Source of the DNA: Candidatus Ozemobacteraceae bacterium
GTDB lineage: Bacteria; Muiribacteriota; Ozemobacteria; Ozemobacterales; Ozemobacteraceae
Assembly (NCBI GenBank): GCA_965140445.1
Contig: OZ223236.1
Coordinates: forward strand, 2,368,001 to 2,432,000
Length of the DNA: 64,000 nucleotides
Direction of reading: 5' to 3'
Shown: positions 47,925-57,299 of the stretch, piece after piece
Layout: every line of letters starts with the position of its first letter
Position numbering within the stretch: position 1 is the first letter of the stretch
The notes under the pieces: model-generated
The model's input: only the letters and a program-made list of their open reading frames with translations
The model's database searches: none
What the model was told of the DNA's origin: nothing
Made by a program: the position numbers and the translations under genes

Positions 47925-48913
47925 TCTACACCAAACTTTATCAAGCCTTTTGAAAACCCGAAAATTCTTGAATAGGCTCTTAGAAACATAACAAATGAAA
48001 AGTAAATCTTTTCCCAGCTCTTTAAGGAAAATTTTCTGACTGTTATGAGTTGTATTAAAAGAATCAATAAACCGGAAAGCTTAAATAGTTGAAAAAATCT
48101 TTTTAATGGCTTGCTGGCAAGAGAAAAAATGTAAACCAGAATTGAGAAAATCCCAACAAGAGAAAGACCTGATTCTAACTGATCTTTTAAACCTGTGTAA
48201 TCGTCTCCAGCTACCATGTTTGGATGCTTGAAATATAGTTTTGCACGCCATAGTCCGTGCGTATACTGCTCTGTCAGATACTTTCTGATTTTAAAGGTGT
48301 GGTTGTGCTTTACTTTCCAATTGCGGTCAAAATGAATCTTTTTTTTCTCAAGCAACAATCTATAACTGAGATCATTGTCTTCACCGCTTGCCGTTTTAAA
48401 AGTTTCATCAAAACCACCTACTTGCCAGAAGTCTTTTTTAGATATGGCAACGTTAAAAGTCCCAAATGCATGAATAATGGAGGGCATCTGGCTATGTCGA
48501 TAGGCTATTTCTTCCTGTATACATCTGGCAAGTATTTTATCCGGGTTCTTTATTGAATATGAACCAGCTAAAATACCAATGCTTTCATCTTCAAGGTTTT
48601 TCTCTAATGTGGCTAGCCAGTCCTCTTCAGGCAAGGTATCTGAATCGATGAAAACCAGAAAGTCTCCGCTCGCCAACTTTGCTCCAGCGTTTCTTGCGGC
48701 TGCCGGACCCGCATTTTTTTGAAAAATATATTTAATTTGTGGAAACTTGCTCAGGACTTCACGGGTATTGTCTGTGCTGCCATCATCTACGACAATTACT
48801 TCAACACTGCATTTACCTGATAGCTTTGTGAGCGTTGTTAGGAGCTCATTTAAAAAGCCTGAAGAATTATAGGCTGGTATAATAATAGAAATCTTTTTTG
48901 CTAATTTTTGCAT
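47921..48913 (-). CDS. GT2 glycosyltransferase with C-terminal TMs
   Basis: IIPAYN, VDDGSTD, NAGPAAARN.G, FIDSD, GGFDE, GED.DL. Confidence 0.88.
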   Translation of the reverse strand: MQKLAKKISIIIPAYNSSGFLNELLTTLTKLSGKCSVEVIVVDDGSTDNTREVLSKFPQIKYIFQKNAGPAAARNAGAKLASGDFLVFIDSDTLPEEDWLATLEKNLEDESIGILAGSYSIKNPDKILARCIQEEIAYRHSQMPSIIHAFGTFNVAISKKDFWQVGGFDETFKTASGEDNDLSYRLLLEKKKIHFDRNWKVKHNHTFKIRKYLTEQYTHGLWRAKLYFKHPNMVAGDDYTGLKDQLESGLSLVGIFSILVYIFSLASKPLKRFFQLFKLSGLLILLIQLITVRKFSLKSWEKIYFSFVMFLRAYSRIFGFSKGLIKFGVE

Positions 48914-48974
48914 ATAATAAATCGCAAACTCAGGTTTTTGATATCAGTTTCTTTGCGGTTCAATGAATTAGTGA

Positions 48975-50174
48975 TTATTTGATGGCCTGAGTCATGGAAA
49001 GTAGTGGCATGAAAACTGACAGAGCAACAGTTCCGATAATAATACCCATAACAACTGTCAGCAATGGTGTGATCGCTGAGGTTAAGCCATCCAATGCTTC
49101 ACCAACTTCGCGATCATAGAAGTCTGCTGCTTTCATCAGCATTGTATCCAACTTACCTGTGTTTTCACCAACTTCCATCATCTTTTTAACCATCGGTGGG
49201 AAGAAGAAAACCTTGTCTAGCTGGCTTGCGAGAGTGTTTCCTCCTTGCACGCCAACTGCCATTCCGGCAATAATTTCTTCCATAATAGGATTTCCCATAA
49301 CAGATGAGGTGATTTGAAGCGCTTGCAGGATTGGAACACCAGAACCAAGCAAAGAACAAAATGTACGGGCGAATCTACTAACGGCAATTTTCTGCGTCAG
49401 GTTTCCGATGATGGGAGCTTTAATTGTAAAAGTCGCAATGGCATGTTTCCCAAATTTTGTTTGAGAGAATGCGTATCCGCCACCGACAAGAGTCGCAGTG
49501 ACTGCAGAAACAATAATATAATTTTCTCTTAATGAATCGGAGGCAAAAATCATAAACTTTGTAATTGCTGGCAGCTCCGCTTTCATTTTTTTGAACATTG
49601 AAGAGAAGTTTGGAAAGATTTTTACCAGAAGGAAGACAACACCGCCCGCAGCAAGTACAATCTGGATGACTGGCATGGTAAGTGCGCCTTTGATTCTCCC
49701 TCTGATTTCAGCATCGGCTTCTGCAAATGCAGCAAGTCGCTCAAGAACCTCGTCCAACATACCACCAGCTTCACCCGCTTCACACATGTTGCAGTAAATT
49801 TTATTGAAAACTTTGGGATGCTTTCTAAGAGATACTGAGAAAGATTGACCAGACTGGAGTTCTTTACCAATCTGAGAAAGGATTCCTTTGAAATAAGGAT
49901 TTTCCTGCTGGTCGGCAAGAATTCCTATTGCTTCAACCAGGGGAATTGCGGCACCAATAAGTGTAGAGAGCTGAACTGTAAAAACCATCATGTCTTTGGC
50001 CGAGACTCGACCGCCAAAGCTGAAACCACCAGCCTTTTTTACTTCTTTTGCGTTGACGAGGTAGTAGCCTTTGTCTGAAAGCCTGTTGGCAAGCTCCTGC
50101 ATATTTGGAGCTTCAAGTTGTGTTTTTAGAATTTCCCCTTTGGAGTCTTTTACTTCACAATCATATTTAGGCAT
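48975..50174 (-). CDS. pilC: Type IV pilus/T2SS platform protein (PilC/GspF), paralog 2
   Basis: FTVQLSTLI.A.IPL, AGEAGG.LD.VL.RLA, GENTGKLD.ML; directly downstream of pilB. Confidence 0.9.
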   Translation of the reverse strand: MPKYDCEVKDSKGEILKTQLEAPNMQELANRLSDKGYYLVNAKEVKKAGGFSFGGRVSAKDMMVFTVQLSTLIGAAIPLVEAIGILADQQENPYFKGILSQIGKELQSGQSFSVSLRKHPKVFNKIYCNMCEAGEAGGMLDEVLERLAAFAEADAEIRGRIKGALTMPVIQIVLAAGGVVFLLVKIFPNFSSMFKKMKAELPAITKFMIFASDSLRENYIIVSAVTATLVGGGYAFSQTKFGKHAIATFTIKAPIIGNLTQKIAVSRFARTFCSLLGSGVPILQALQITSSVMGNPIMEEIIAGMAVGVQGGNTLASQLDKVFFFPPMVKKMMEVGENTGKLDTMLMKAADFYDREVGEALDGLTSAITPLLTVVMGIIIGTVALSVFMPLLSMTQAIK

Positions 50175-50213
50175 AAACGATACTACTTCCTTGCTAATTC
50201 AATCTACAGGCTA

Positions 50214-51902
50214 CTATTCTGCTCTGGCTAATGCAAATACCTGCTCTGGTGTGGTCAATCCTTGTTGCCATTTAATGATGATATCATCTTTTAGAGTCTT
50301 CATGCCAAGACGAATGGCTTCATCTTTCAAATCATCCGGTCCAACCTTCTGAATGATCATACGGCGTATATTTTCATGGGTAAATAGAACCTCATGCACA
50401 CCTACGCGACCTTTGTATCCTGTTTTCCCACACTTATCACAGCCTTTGCCTTTATAATATGTTTCATTTATGGCTTCAGGCGGCAATCCAAGATCTTTAA
50501 TCGTTTCAGCAGTAATTTCAGTGTCAACGTCTTTGCAGAATTTACAAACCCTTCTTGCAAGCCTCTGAGAAACAACGCAAAGAATCGCAGAAGAAACCAG
50601 GAACGGCTCAACTCCCATATCAACAAGCCTGATACAGGTACTCGGAGCATCATTCGTATGAAGTGTCGCAAAAACAAGATGGCCTGTTAGGGCCGCTTCA
50701 ACCGCGATACTGGCAGTTTCTTCATCGCGGATCTCACCAAGCATGATTACGTCTGGATCTTGCCTCAGGAAAGCACGAAGAACTGTTGAGAATGTTAGCT
50801 CTATTTCATGTCTAACCTGAACCTGATTAATAAATTTAATTTTGTATTCGACAGGGTTTTCAACTGTACAAATATTTAGATCCGGCCCTTTAATCGCATT
50901 CAGGCAGGAATAAAGTGTAGTTGTTTTTCCCGAACCAGTTGGGCCAGTAACCAGACACATGCCATTTGGGGAGGCAATAGATTTTTTAACCAGTTCAAAG
51001 TTAACTGGTGTAAAGCCCATCTGGTCAAGCATAACATTAACGTTAGATTTGTCCAGAATACGAAGACAGGCCTTTTCTCCCCATGCGGTCGGAATTGTAT
51101 TAACACGGAAATCAATCGGCTTATCCATGATAATCATCTGAATACGACCATCCTGAGGCAAACGACGCTCTGAAATGTCCATGCCGCTGAGGATTTTTAT
51201 TCTCGACATAACAGAAGCCAGAGCTTCCTGTTGAAGATTCATTGATACTCTTAATCCGCCATCAATGCGAAGTCTAACCCTTAGTTCACCTTCATCTGGT
51301 TCAATATGAATGTCAGATGCGCCCTTTTGAACCGCCGAAGTCAAAATAAGGTTTACCAATTTGATAATTGGAGTTTCTTCGCTGGCTTTTTTAAGATTGT
51401 CTAAACCACCAGCAGCAGCAGCATCCGGGTCTTCGCCATTGGCCAGAGCGTTTAGCGCATCAGCCATGGCCCCTGCAACGTATAATTGATCTGTTTTATC
51501 TGCAATCTGGTTTTCGGAACAAATGGCTCTTACAACTTCACAATTATTTTGAAATTGAATTTCATCAATGATAAAAACGTCCAAAGGATCAGCCATTCCT
51601 ATCATAAGGCTGTTATCGTTGAAACTGATGGGGACGAGATTGTGTTTCCTACAGATTTTCTCCGGAACCATTTTTAGGACTTCTGGAGTAATTTCTACCT
51701 TGCTTAGATCAACAAAGGGAACCTTAAGCTGTTTTCCTAAAATTGGCAGGAGTTTATCTTCTGAAAGATAACCAAGTTCGATTAAAACCTGCCCAATACG
51801 TTTTCCGCGCTTTTTTTGCTCAGCTAACGCAATGTTCAGTTCTTTTTCGGTGACATGGCCTGCTTCCATGAGCAGTTGTCCAATTTTTTTTCGCTTAAAC
51901 AT
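50214..51902 (-). CDS. pilB: Pilus assembly ATPase PilB/GspE with N-terminal MshEN domain
   Basis: ASDIHIEP, RLPQDGR, Walker A GPTGSGKTTT, LRQDPDVIMLGEIRD, TGHLV..TLHTN, tetracysteine motif; tandem (K/R)IG..L...G....L...L..Q. Confidence 0.94.
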   Translation of the reverse strand: MFKRKKIGQLLMEAGHVTEKELNIALAEQKKRGKRIGQVLIELGYLSEDKLLPILGKQLKVPFVDLSKVEITPEVLKMVPEKICRKHNLVPISFNDNSLMIGMADPLDVFIIDEIQFQNNCEVVRAICSENQIADKTDQLYVAGAMADALNALANGEDPDAAAAGGLDNLKKASEETPIIKLVNLILTSAVQKGASDIHIEPDEGELRVRLRIDGGLRVSMNLQQEALASVMSRIKILSGMDISERRLPQDGRIQMIIMDKPIDFRVNTIPTAWGEKACLRILDKSNVNVMLDQMGFTPVNFELVKKSIASPNGMCLVTGPTGSGKTTTLYSCLNAIKGPDLNICTVENPVEYKIKFINQVQVRHEIELTFSTVLRAFLRQDPDVIMLGEIRDEETASIAVEAALTGHLVFATLHTNDAPSTCIRLVDMGVEPFLVSSAILCVVSQRLARRVCKFCKDVDTEITAETIKDLGLPPEAINETYYKGKGCDKCGKTGYKGRVGVHEVLFTHENIRRMIIQKVGPDDLKDEAIRLGMKTLKDDIIIKWQQGLTTPEQVFALARAE

Positions 51903-51955
51903 AACTTAGAGACCTATTCTAACCTAATATAAAAGAAAAATAAATATAATAGCTC

Positions 51956-52705
51956 TTATTGGGCTGATTCCCAATATTTTCTTCTAGCTTCCATGTAATG
52001 TGGATTCAGTTGAATAGCAATTCTGAACTCGTCCATAGCATCATCATGCTTGCCTTGTTTTTTTAGAACTATTCCAAGGTGATAGTGTAAGTCAGCGTAT
52101 TCCGGGTGTTCTTTGATTAGCTTACGGTATTCTCTTTCTGCCTGGTCTAAGAGTCCAAGATCAGAAAAAATTAACCCAAGGTCGATTGTGACGCTTCCTC
52201 GTTCAAGTTTTGCTCCCAATGTGTCTTCTATAACTTGCCTATATTCTTGCATTGCTTGAGTAAAAGCACCCCTGTCTTCATAAATCCTGCCAACATAATA
52301 TCTAGCTGCAGCGTATTTTGGATTTATTGCCAGGGCGTTCGAAAAACTCGCCAAAGCTTTGTCCATGGCTTTGTGTTCAAAAAAAATAAGGCCTACATTG
52401 AAGTGAGCATCTGCAAAGCGCGGATTCAAGGTTAAGACAGACTCATATGACGCAATGGCCTGATCTCTGTCTCCCAATTCCCTGTATGCGTGCCCGAGAT
52501 GTGTGTAATAAACTGGATTTTTTGGATTCAGATTGACCGCTTTTATGTAGCAAAAAGAAGCTTTATCAAACTGGTCTCTTAGAAAAAAAGCGTTGCCCAG
52601 GTAAAAAAGCTTCTCATGGTCATTAGGTTGAGTTTTTAGGTGCTTAATACAAGCATCTACAACCTCATCCAGTAATGATTCTTTGTAAAGCTGCTTTTCT
52701 GGCAT
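51956..52705 (-). CDS. Tetratricopeptide repeat protein
   Basis: Multiple 34-aa units of the type A.A.Y.LG..Y...G....A...Y..A..LNP. Confidence 0.88.
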   Translation of the reverse strand: MPEKQLYKESLLDEVVDACIKHLKTQPNDHEKLFYLGNAFFLRDQFDKASFCYIKAVNLNPKNPVYYTHLGHAYRELGDRDQAIASYESVLTLNPRFADAHFNVGLIFFEHKAMDKALASFSNALAINPKYAAARYYVGRIYEDRGAFTQAMQEYRQVIEDTLGAKLERGSVTIDLGLIFSDLGLLDQAEREYRKLIKEHPEYADLHYHLGIVLKKQGKHDDAMDEFRIAIQLNPHYMEARRKYWESAQ

Positions 52706-52726
52706 CTTTCCAACTCCTATAGCTTA

Positions 52727-53440
52727 TTAGTGCGGGTGTAAAATTGACTTTATTTCTTTCCCGAGTTTTGTTCGAGGATCAATCCTTCTAAAGGCGGCTT
52801 TATCGGTGCAATAAAGGTTTAGAACTTCAAGAGGTTCATAGTTTCTTTTTTGCAGTCCTTCTTTAAGTGAAGTGAAGAACGGAACGAGAAATTTGATTCC
52901 TTCTTCAGGTTCAAAATCGTCTTTAAGGAAGAAGCGATATTTGTGAATTACTCCGTTATCTCTTCTGTATATATCCACTTCAGGTTCTTCAAGAAGCTTT
53001 GCTCTATACGAGAAGTTTCTAACATCAAAAAAGTGCTGGCGCTCATAATTTTCATAAATATTTACTCCCCATATATAAGGATTTTTAAAGATCCAGAGAG
53101 AAAAAACGGGGGATAAGATATTTTTCAATTCATGAATTAGTTCGTAGTTGTATTCGTCTTCGGTAACCGAAATTGAAAGATTGCCACCTTTCAACTCAAA
53201 GCTGCCGCCGTAATTAAAATAGCCATGTACAGAAGCTATTTTGTCTGGAGAATCAAGATTGGATAAAATCTTTTTTGTTCTGTCGTTTATCGTTGTAAAC
53301 GTTGCATCAGGCCTATCAGTATAATCAATGTTAATTTCAGCAACATCAAAACTAAATAGGATATCTAGAACTGTTGGAATAACTTCCTTGTCTTTACGAT
53401 CACTAATAAAAATGTGTTGTTCGAGTATTTCGCCAGCCAT
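52727..53440 (-). CDS. Hypothetical protein
   Basis: 237-aa ORF tightly packed in the operon; no motif recognised. Confidence 0.7.
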   Translation of the reverse strand: MAGEILEQHIFISDRKDKEVIPTVLDILFSFDVAEINIDYTDRPDATFTTINDRTKKILSNLDSPDKIASVHGYFNYGGSFELKGGNLSISVTEDEYNYELIHELKNILSPVFSLWIFKNPYIWGVNIYENYERQHFFDVRNFSYRAKLLEEPEVDIYRRDNGVIHKYRFFLKDDFEPEEGIKFLVPFFTSLKEGLQKRNYEPLEVLNLYCTDKAAFRRIDPRTKLGKEIKSILHPH

Positions 53441-53443
53441 GCT

Positions 53444-54973
53444 TTACTCCGTTTTTATATAGATCATGGTTTGATCTTCAAGAGAATTGGTCTGTTTTGT
53501 AGTATGTTTAAGTTCTTTCATTATATTATCCAGCATCATTTGGGCGTCTTGCTCGGGGATTTTTTCAATCACTAATCTGATTCTTTCAGGTGTTAACCTT
53601 TCATCATCTGAAGAGCAATTTTCTAACGCCCCGTCAGTATACAGAAATATACCATCACCGGGCAATAAATCAAATGTGTACGGCGAATAAATTTCTCCTT
53701 CACTTGAAAAAAGTCCCAATGGAATTCCTGGTTCAAAAGTTGGAATTTCAACAAAACCATTCCTAATCCTGTTTATAAGCGGAGTTGTGTGCCCAGCTGA
53801 AGCAAAATCTACGCTACGGCTTTTCGGTTTAATTTTTAAAATGCTCATGGTTACGAATTGTTCACCCATGTCAGATCTTGTTAATTTCCCGGCAAGGAAA
53901 TTTAGTAATGAAGCCGGTGATGAACATTCCTCATACTTGCTCAGGATAAGTGACTTGAGCCTGGCAAGAAAAAAGGCGGCTTCAAGACCTTCGCCGGAAG
54001 TTGTGGCAATTACTACTATCAAACTTGAATCCGGACGATGAAAGAAATCTACATAGTCACCTGTAATAGCGCTTGAAGGTGAAAAGTCCAATGCAATATC
54101 CCAGTCTGGAAAAATTGGCGGTGATTCCGGTATTAAGCGAGCTCGTAAATCGTTTCCTATTTGCCCGAGAATTGTTTCTTCGGATTTTTTGTCCTGTTTA
54201 TTGTAAAAGCCTGAAGATTCAATGCGCATAGCAATTACTTCTGAAACCCATGCGAAAAGACTCTCATCGCTGCCTTTAAAAGGGTGTCCATTCGTGTCTA
54301 TTATTGAGAAAATTCCTTCTAGCTTGGAAAAAAAGTCCAGAGGCAGTTGCATTCTGGGCAGGTCCTTCATAATCCTGTTTTCTTCTAAAGAACCAGTGTA
54401 ATAACCTTTTCTCATTAGCTTTTCGGTGTTTATGTCTGATTCCATTTGAGTTTTGACTTCTGCAACAATTGGTGCGCCAGGATGTATTATTTCTACTTTT
54501 CCTGGTTTACTTATTCTTGTTCCTGTCAGGTATAAAAAACCCTTATCGGTTTTCTGGAAAATGAAAAATTGAAGGTTGGGAAAGATTTCCTGGATGTAGC
54601 TTAAAATACAGCTTAATTGATCCTTTAAGGGAAATTCTATGCCAACATAATTAATAAATTGGGAGATCCTGTACCTTATGTGCTCTTTTGAGTCAAATCG
54701 ATCTGGAATAAAAAATACTTCTGGGGGAAAACTTTTGTCTTTTTTTAAAACAGACTTAAGATCCATATTTTCCATGATGTTTATACGGCTGATTGAAAAT
54801 AGCATTCCAAGAAAAAGGGAAAAAGAAATAATGAGAAAAAATATTATCAGGGTTAAAACAGGGGAAAGTGTCTGGTAAAAAATGGTGTGAATAACGCAAA
54901 GACTTAATACAACCAATATTCCTACGGTTGATCTAACCAGCAATTTCCAGTTTTTATTAAAATATTTAATCAT
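53444..54973 (-). CDS. Membrane SpoIIE/RsbU-type PP2C domain protein with GAF-like region (degenerate active site)
   Basis: 2 TMs, TGDYVD, ASAGH, GIPLG, LYTDG; ATTSGEG where ADVSGHG is expected; promoter TTGACG-17-TAGACT. Confidence 0.78.
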   Translation of the reverse strand: MIKYFNKNWKLLVRSTVGILVVLSLCVIHTIFYQTLSPVLTLIIFFLIISFSLFLGMLFSISRINIMENMDLKSVLKKDKSFPPEVFFIPDRFDSKEHIRYRISQFINYVGIEFPLKDQLSCILSYIQEIFPNLQFFIFQKTDKGFLYLTGTRISKPGKVEIIHPGAPIVAEVKTQMESDINTEKLMRKGYYTGSLEENRIMKDLPRMQLPLDFFSKLEGIFSIIDTNGHPFKGSDESLFAWVSEVIAMRIESSGFYNKQDKKSEETILGQIGNDLRARLIPESPPIFPDWDIALDFSPSSAITGDYVDFFHRPDSSLIVVIATTSGEGLEAAFFLARLKSLILSKYEECSSPASLLNFLAGKLTRSDMGEQFVTMSILKIKPKSRSVDFASAGHTTPLINRIRNGFVEIPTFEPGIPLGLFSSEGEIYSPYTFDLLPGDGIFLYTDGALENCSSDDERLTPERIRLVIEKIPEQDAQMMLDNIMKELKHTTKQTNSLEDQTMIYIKTE

Positions 54974-55017
54974 GACTTTGCACAGTCTAATTCTATCCCC
55001 GTTGTGCGTCAATAAAG

Positions 55018-55047
55018 AAAAAAGCTGTGCCAGCAAGCTGACACAGC
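55018..55047 (-). terminator. Intrinsic terminator
   Basis: GCTGTGTCAGC-tt-GCTGGCACAGC-T6 on the minus strand. Confidence 0.7.
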
Positions 55048-55081
55048 CACAAATTTAAGGGAGGATTATATAGAGTCGCAG

Positions 55082-55522
55082 TTAAGCAGCTCTATAGGTT
55101 TCGTACGATTGATCAATTTTATGAGTCAGGTTATTACAATGATTAGTCATTGCTTCGATCGCTCTTGGATCACCAATTTTTACGAGCGCTTCGCTGGCAG
55201 CAATGCTAACTTCTTCTTTCGGGTCGTTGAGGCTTTCTATGAGAGCTTCGACTACAGCAGTTCCCCTGCGGTCTCCAAGCTGGATGCAGGAAATTCGTCG
55301 AACGCGCCAATCAGCATTTTTAAGGCCTTTGATGTATCTCCATGTTTGGTCAACAGGTGTTACTGTTGCCAATGGGGTAATCTTTTTTCTAGGAGCAAAA
55401 ACCGGTTCTTCTTTTGACTCGGTTAGCTTCCTCCATAGTCCGCCAAAAACCTTTTCGAACAAAAACCAGCCAGTGAAATATACCAGCGTTAAAAGAAATA
55501 TTTTTACTTCTAGTTGCCACAT
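55082..55522 (-). CDS. Membrane-anchored HEAT-repeat protein
   Basis: N-terminal TM; DWRVR...LG....AV.ALI..L.D....V...A..AL..IGD; SD GGAGG. Confidence 0.8.
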   Translation of the reverse strand: MWQLEVKIFLLTLVYFTGWFLFEKVFGGLWRKLTESKEEPVFAPRKKITPLATVTPVDQTWRYIKGLKNADWRVRRISCIQLGDRRGTAVVEALIESLNDPKEEVSIAASEALVKIGDPRAIEAMTNHCNNLTHKIDQSYETYRAA

Positions 55523-55606
55523 TTGTTATGCCTCCGGACATTTTCTATATTCTTCGAAAGATATCGGAAGAAAAATCGGCAACCCTTAGCAGTTTTATTT
55601 GAATTT

Positions 55607-57166
55607 CTAAATTTTTGATGGCCACCCAGTCGTTGTGGGTTGAACTTTTCCAGTTAAGACCTTTAACAAAGCATCGATTGCGGGGCTTCTAAAGCCAAAA
55701 GTTGCACAAGAAGTTTTTATTTCTGGTGCATAGCTTATATCGAATGGATTTCTAAGAGCTGCCAAAATCAATTCTGGAAATAGTGAATGAACTTTTTGGG
55801 CGGCGTCTATTTGTCCCCTGAATAAATGCCCATTATAAGAGAAAAACAATGCTTTTGTATTTTCTGGCAAACTTTTATTGTCTTTAAAAGAATAAAAATC
55901 TTTCAGGATTTCTTCGCATGCGGATTTGGGGTTATAGCTGAAACAGACTGCATTTGGAAAGACTTTCGAAATTTGATCTTGAATTCCACCATTGCAATGG
56001 CTTTCTTCTACCTGCACCAATGAAGCAATTTCCGGGCAGAAAAATAAAATAGGTTCAGTAGCTTTAAAAGGAAAAACATTGGGAGAGTATCGTGCAAAAA
56101 GGATTGAATGATCATAAACCTTTTCAACCAAGGTTTTGTGTTCTTCTTTTAATTGTTTCAGAGAAGCGTTAAAGCCTACGCAAGTTTCAGACATTTTATC
56201 TCTGGCAGTTTTTATGCGCTTCATACTTTCTGCTAAACGAGTTTGCGCTTTTTTATTGGTTTTTACTAAATTCAAAATAGTCTCGGCAGCTTTTTTTTGT
56301 TCTGAAAGCTGATGGCAGATTAACAGAAGATCGGCTCCAGCCAAAAAGGATTTTGCAGCAGCATCCGCAATGCCGTATTTCTCTGTGATTGCGCCCATTT
56401 CCAAATCATCGGTTATCAACAAGCCCTCAAATTTAAGTTCATCTCGAAGTAGTTTTGTAAGAACTGATTCTGAAAGGGTGGCGGGCAAATCTGAAGATGA
56501 CTCATAGGCAGGGAAAAAGACGTGGGCAGTCATTATCGCAGCAACCTTTTCCTGGATAGCGGCTTTAAATGGAGCTAATTCAAAAGATTCCAATCGTTTT
56601 TTGTCATACGGAATTGTTGGCAGGGTTAAGTGTGAATCAACCTTTGCGTGTCCCTTGCCCGGGAAGTGCTTGGCACAGGCCAGAACACCTGTTTTCTGAA
56701 GACCCTTGATTGCAGCTGTTCCAAACTTTGAAACCAGTTCAGGAGTATCACCAAAAGATCTTGCTCCAATTCCGGGATTATCGGAGTGGTTGATATCTAA
56801 AACCGGTGCCAGATTCCAATTCAGCCCAAGGCTGAGCATTTCTTTTCCAATGGCTTCGTAAGTTGATTCAGCAAGTGTCTCGTCCTTGCATGCAGCAAGC
56901 CCCATAGCTGAGGGGAAAAGGCTACCGCCTTCAAGGATGCGTAAAACCAATCCACCTTCTTGATCAATTGCAGCAAAGACTTCCTGACCAGAAGCTTCTT
57001 TTATTTTTTTCAGACATTCAGGGAGTTTCTCTGGTCTGGAAAGGTTTCGGGCGAAAACAATTACCCCGCCAATTCCCCATTCCCTGACAAAATCAAGAAA
57101 TTCGTCAGAAGGTTCATCACCCTGGTAACCAATAACAAACAACTGGCCTATGCTTTTTTTATCCAT
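55607..57166 (-). CDS. nagZ: Beta-N-acetylhexosaminidase (GH3)
   Basis: IDQEGG.V.R, APVLD, RSFG, KHFPGKG....DSH, ITDDLEM. Confidence 0.88.
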   Translation of the reverse strand: MDKKSIGQLFVIGYQGDEPSDEFLDFVREWGIGGVIVFARNLSRPEKLPECLKKIKEASGQEVFAAIDQEGGLVLRILEGGSLFPSAMGLAACKDETLAESTYEAIGKEMLSLGLNWNLAPVLDINHSDNPGIGARSFGDTPELVSKFGTAAIKGLQKTGVLACAKHFPGKGHAKVDSHLTLPTIPYDKKRLESFELAPFKAAIQEKVAAIMTAHVFFPAYESSSDLPATLSESVLTKLLRDELKFEGLLITDDLEMGAITEKYGIADAAAKSFLAGADLLLICHQLSEQKKAAETILNLVKTNKKAQTRLAESMKRIKTARDKMSETCVGFNASLKQLKEEHKTLVEKVYDHSILFARYSPNVFPFKATEPILFFCPEIASLVQVEESHCNGGIQDQISKVFPNAVCFSYNPKSACEEILKDFYSFKDNKSLPENTKALFFSYNGHLFRGQIDAAQKVHSLFPELILAALRNPFDISYAPEIKTSCATFGFRSPAIDALLKVLTGKVQPTTTGWPSKI

Positions 57167-57299
57167 TGTCATCCCCATTCAAAAATAAAGCCTAAGATAT
57201 TATTTAGACGTTCTATTTTATCAAAAAATCTTAGGTTTTGGTTTAAACCTGACAATCTATGCGGTATAATTCATTTGCCAAACTATCAAGGAGAAATCT

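Noticed and set aside
56620..56680. Inactive NagZ because of KHFPGKG instead of KHFPGHG
   Set aside because: The catalytic D-S-H loop and the nucleophile Asp (TDD) are intact
57185..57240. Inverted repeat CCTAAGAT...ATCTTAGG between nagZ and the TolB-like gene
   Set aside because: Short, AT-rich and single-copy; cannot be assigned to a regulator
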